A DNA stretch of 64,000 bases from an uncultured Acidimicrobiales bacterium (lineage in GTDB: Bacteria > Actinomycetota > Acidimicrobiia > Acidimicrobiales > SZUA-35), in NCBI GenBank assembly GCA_937997485.1, contig CALKTH010000016.1, positions 3,669 through 67,668 of the forward strand, read 5' to 3'. The notes under the pieces are model-generated. The model was not told where the DNA came from and made no database searches. It saw nothing but the letters and a program-made list of their open reading frames with translations. How positions within the stretch are numbered: the stretch's first letter is position 1; every line of letters starts with the position of its first letter. Below, piece by piece: positions 63,489 through 64,000 of the stretch. The position numbers and the translations under genes were made by a program.

Positions 63489-63999
63489 GGACCGCTGCCC
63501 CGAACACGACCATGAGGCCGACCACGACGATCCACCAAGGGAACGGAGCGAGCGGCACATCGTCGTTGAAGGCGAGCACCGAAGGCGCTGGCTGATCACT
63601 CGGGGCTGCTGCCTGGTCCCGCCCGAGCTCCACCTCGTCACTCTTCGAGACCAGTCCTGTCGCCCCGGCCCCGCCGCGAACATCGATGGGAACCGAGCCC
63701 AGTTCCACCCCGCCGGAGGTCACCGTCAGCGCGAAGCTGCCCGTCGGCAGATCCGGAATGGTCACGGTGAAGCTGAACGTTCCGTCAGCACCTGCGATGC
63801 CCGAGCCAATCGTGGTCCCGTCGACAACAGCAAGAACGGTTTCTCCTGCCGCCACGGTGCCAGCGATCGTCACCTCATCGCCCGGAAGTGGCGATGGATT
63901 CGAGAACCGCACGTTGACCTCGGCGACGTATTCTGCTGCCGCCTCAGCAACCGCGCCGGATGTGCCGACAGTGAAGAGGATGAGCGAAAGGCACGCCAT
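63475..63999 (-). CDS. secreted Ig-like-domain protein with C-terminal membrane anchor (start at or beyond the window edge)
   Basis: A signal-like N-terminus, beta-rich repeats (GDEVTIAGTVAAGE...GADGTFSFTVTIPDLPTGSFALTV) and a C-terminal TM WWIVVVGLMVVFGAAVLIL. Confidence 0.5.
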   Translation of the reverse strand: MACLSLILFTVGTSGAVAEAAAEYVAEVNVRFSNPSPLPGDEVTIAGTVAAGETVLAVVDGTTIGSGIAGADGTFSFTVTIPDLPTGSFALTVTSGGVELGSVPIDVRGGAGATGLVSKSDEVELGRDQAAAPSDQPAPSVLAFNDDVPLAPFPWWIVVVGLMVVFGAAVLILR

Positions 64000-64000
64000 G

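Noticed and set aside
1-64000. Search for tRNA, rRNA, tmRNA, CRISPR arrays, integrases and IS elements other than the RAYT.
   Set aside because: No cloverleaf-compatible sequence was found in the intergenic regions I inspected, and there are no rRNA-like stretches, no regular repeat-spacer array, and no integrase or DDE transposase ORF. A tRNAscan or Infernal run would be needed for certainty.

Overview
GC-rich (roughly two-thirds G+C by eye) bacterial chromosomal segment. It has frequent GTG starts, many 4-nt ATGA/GTGA start-stop overlaps and at least one apparently leaderless gene. Gene content looks Actinomycetota-like, possibly Acidimicrobiia; that is inference only. I call about 62 protein-coding genes and find no rRNA, tRNA or CRISPR array.

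Core content:
- cysS, valS, serB and ybaK.
- A compact purE-purK / purC-purF-purD-purM-purN-guaB block.
- A TPP-riboswitch-controlled ABC importer.
- A five-gene translationally coupled DUF4129 / MoxR / DUF58 operon.
- An ogt plus ada-alkA alkylation-repair cluster next to a divergent NAD-dependent DNA ligase.
- A LacI / GH13 sugar module.
- Acyl-CoA metabolism genes.
- A cell-envelope polysaccharide locus (GT4, phosphoglycosyl transferase, DUF4012).

Accessory or unusual content:
1. A roughly 100-codon ORF interrupted by one in-frame TGA, followed at the canonical distance by a SECIS-like hairpin with a GGUC loop. This is a candidate selenoprotein.
2. Two adjacent large paralogous proteins of unrecognisable family, each with an internally duplicated module.
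3. A REP-associated tyrosine transposase (RAYT) fused to a DnaA-C-like HTH and flanked by its own 39-nt palindromic REP elements, with three more copies 18 kb away.
4. A second, unrelated 44-nt hairpin repeat family present as a doublet.
5. A PIN/RHH toxin-antitoxin cassette apparently inserted at the 3' end of an acyl-CoA dehydrogenase gene. It leaves a 79-nt duplicate of the gene end that differs only by synonymous changes.

All functional calls come from reading motifs in the translations. No database search was run.
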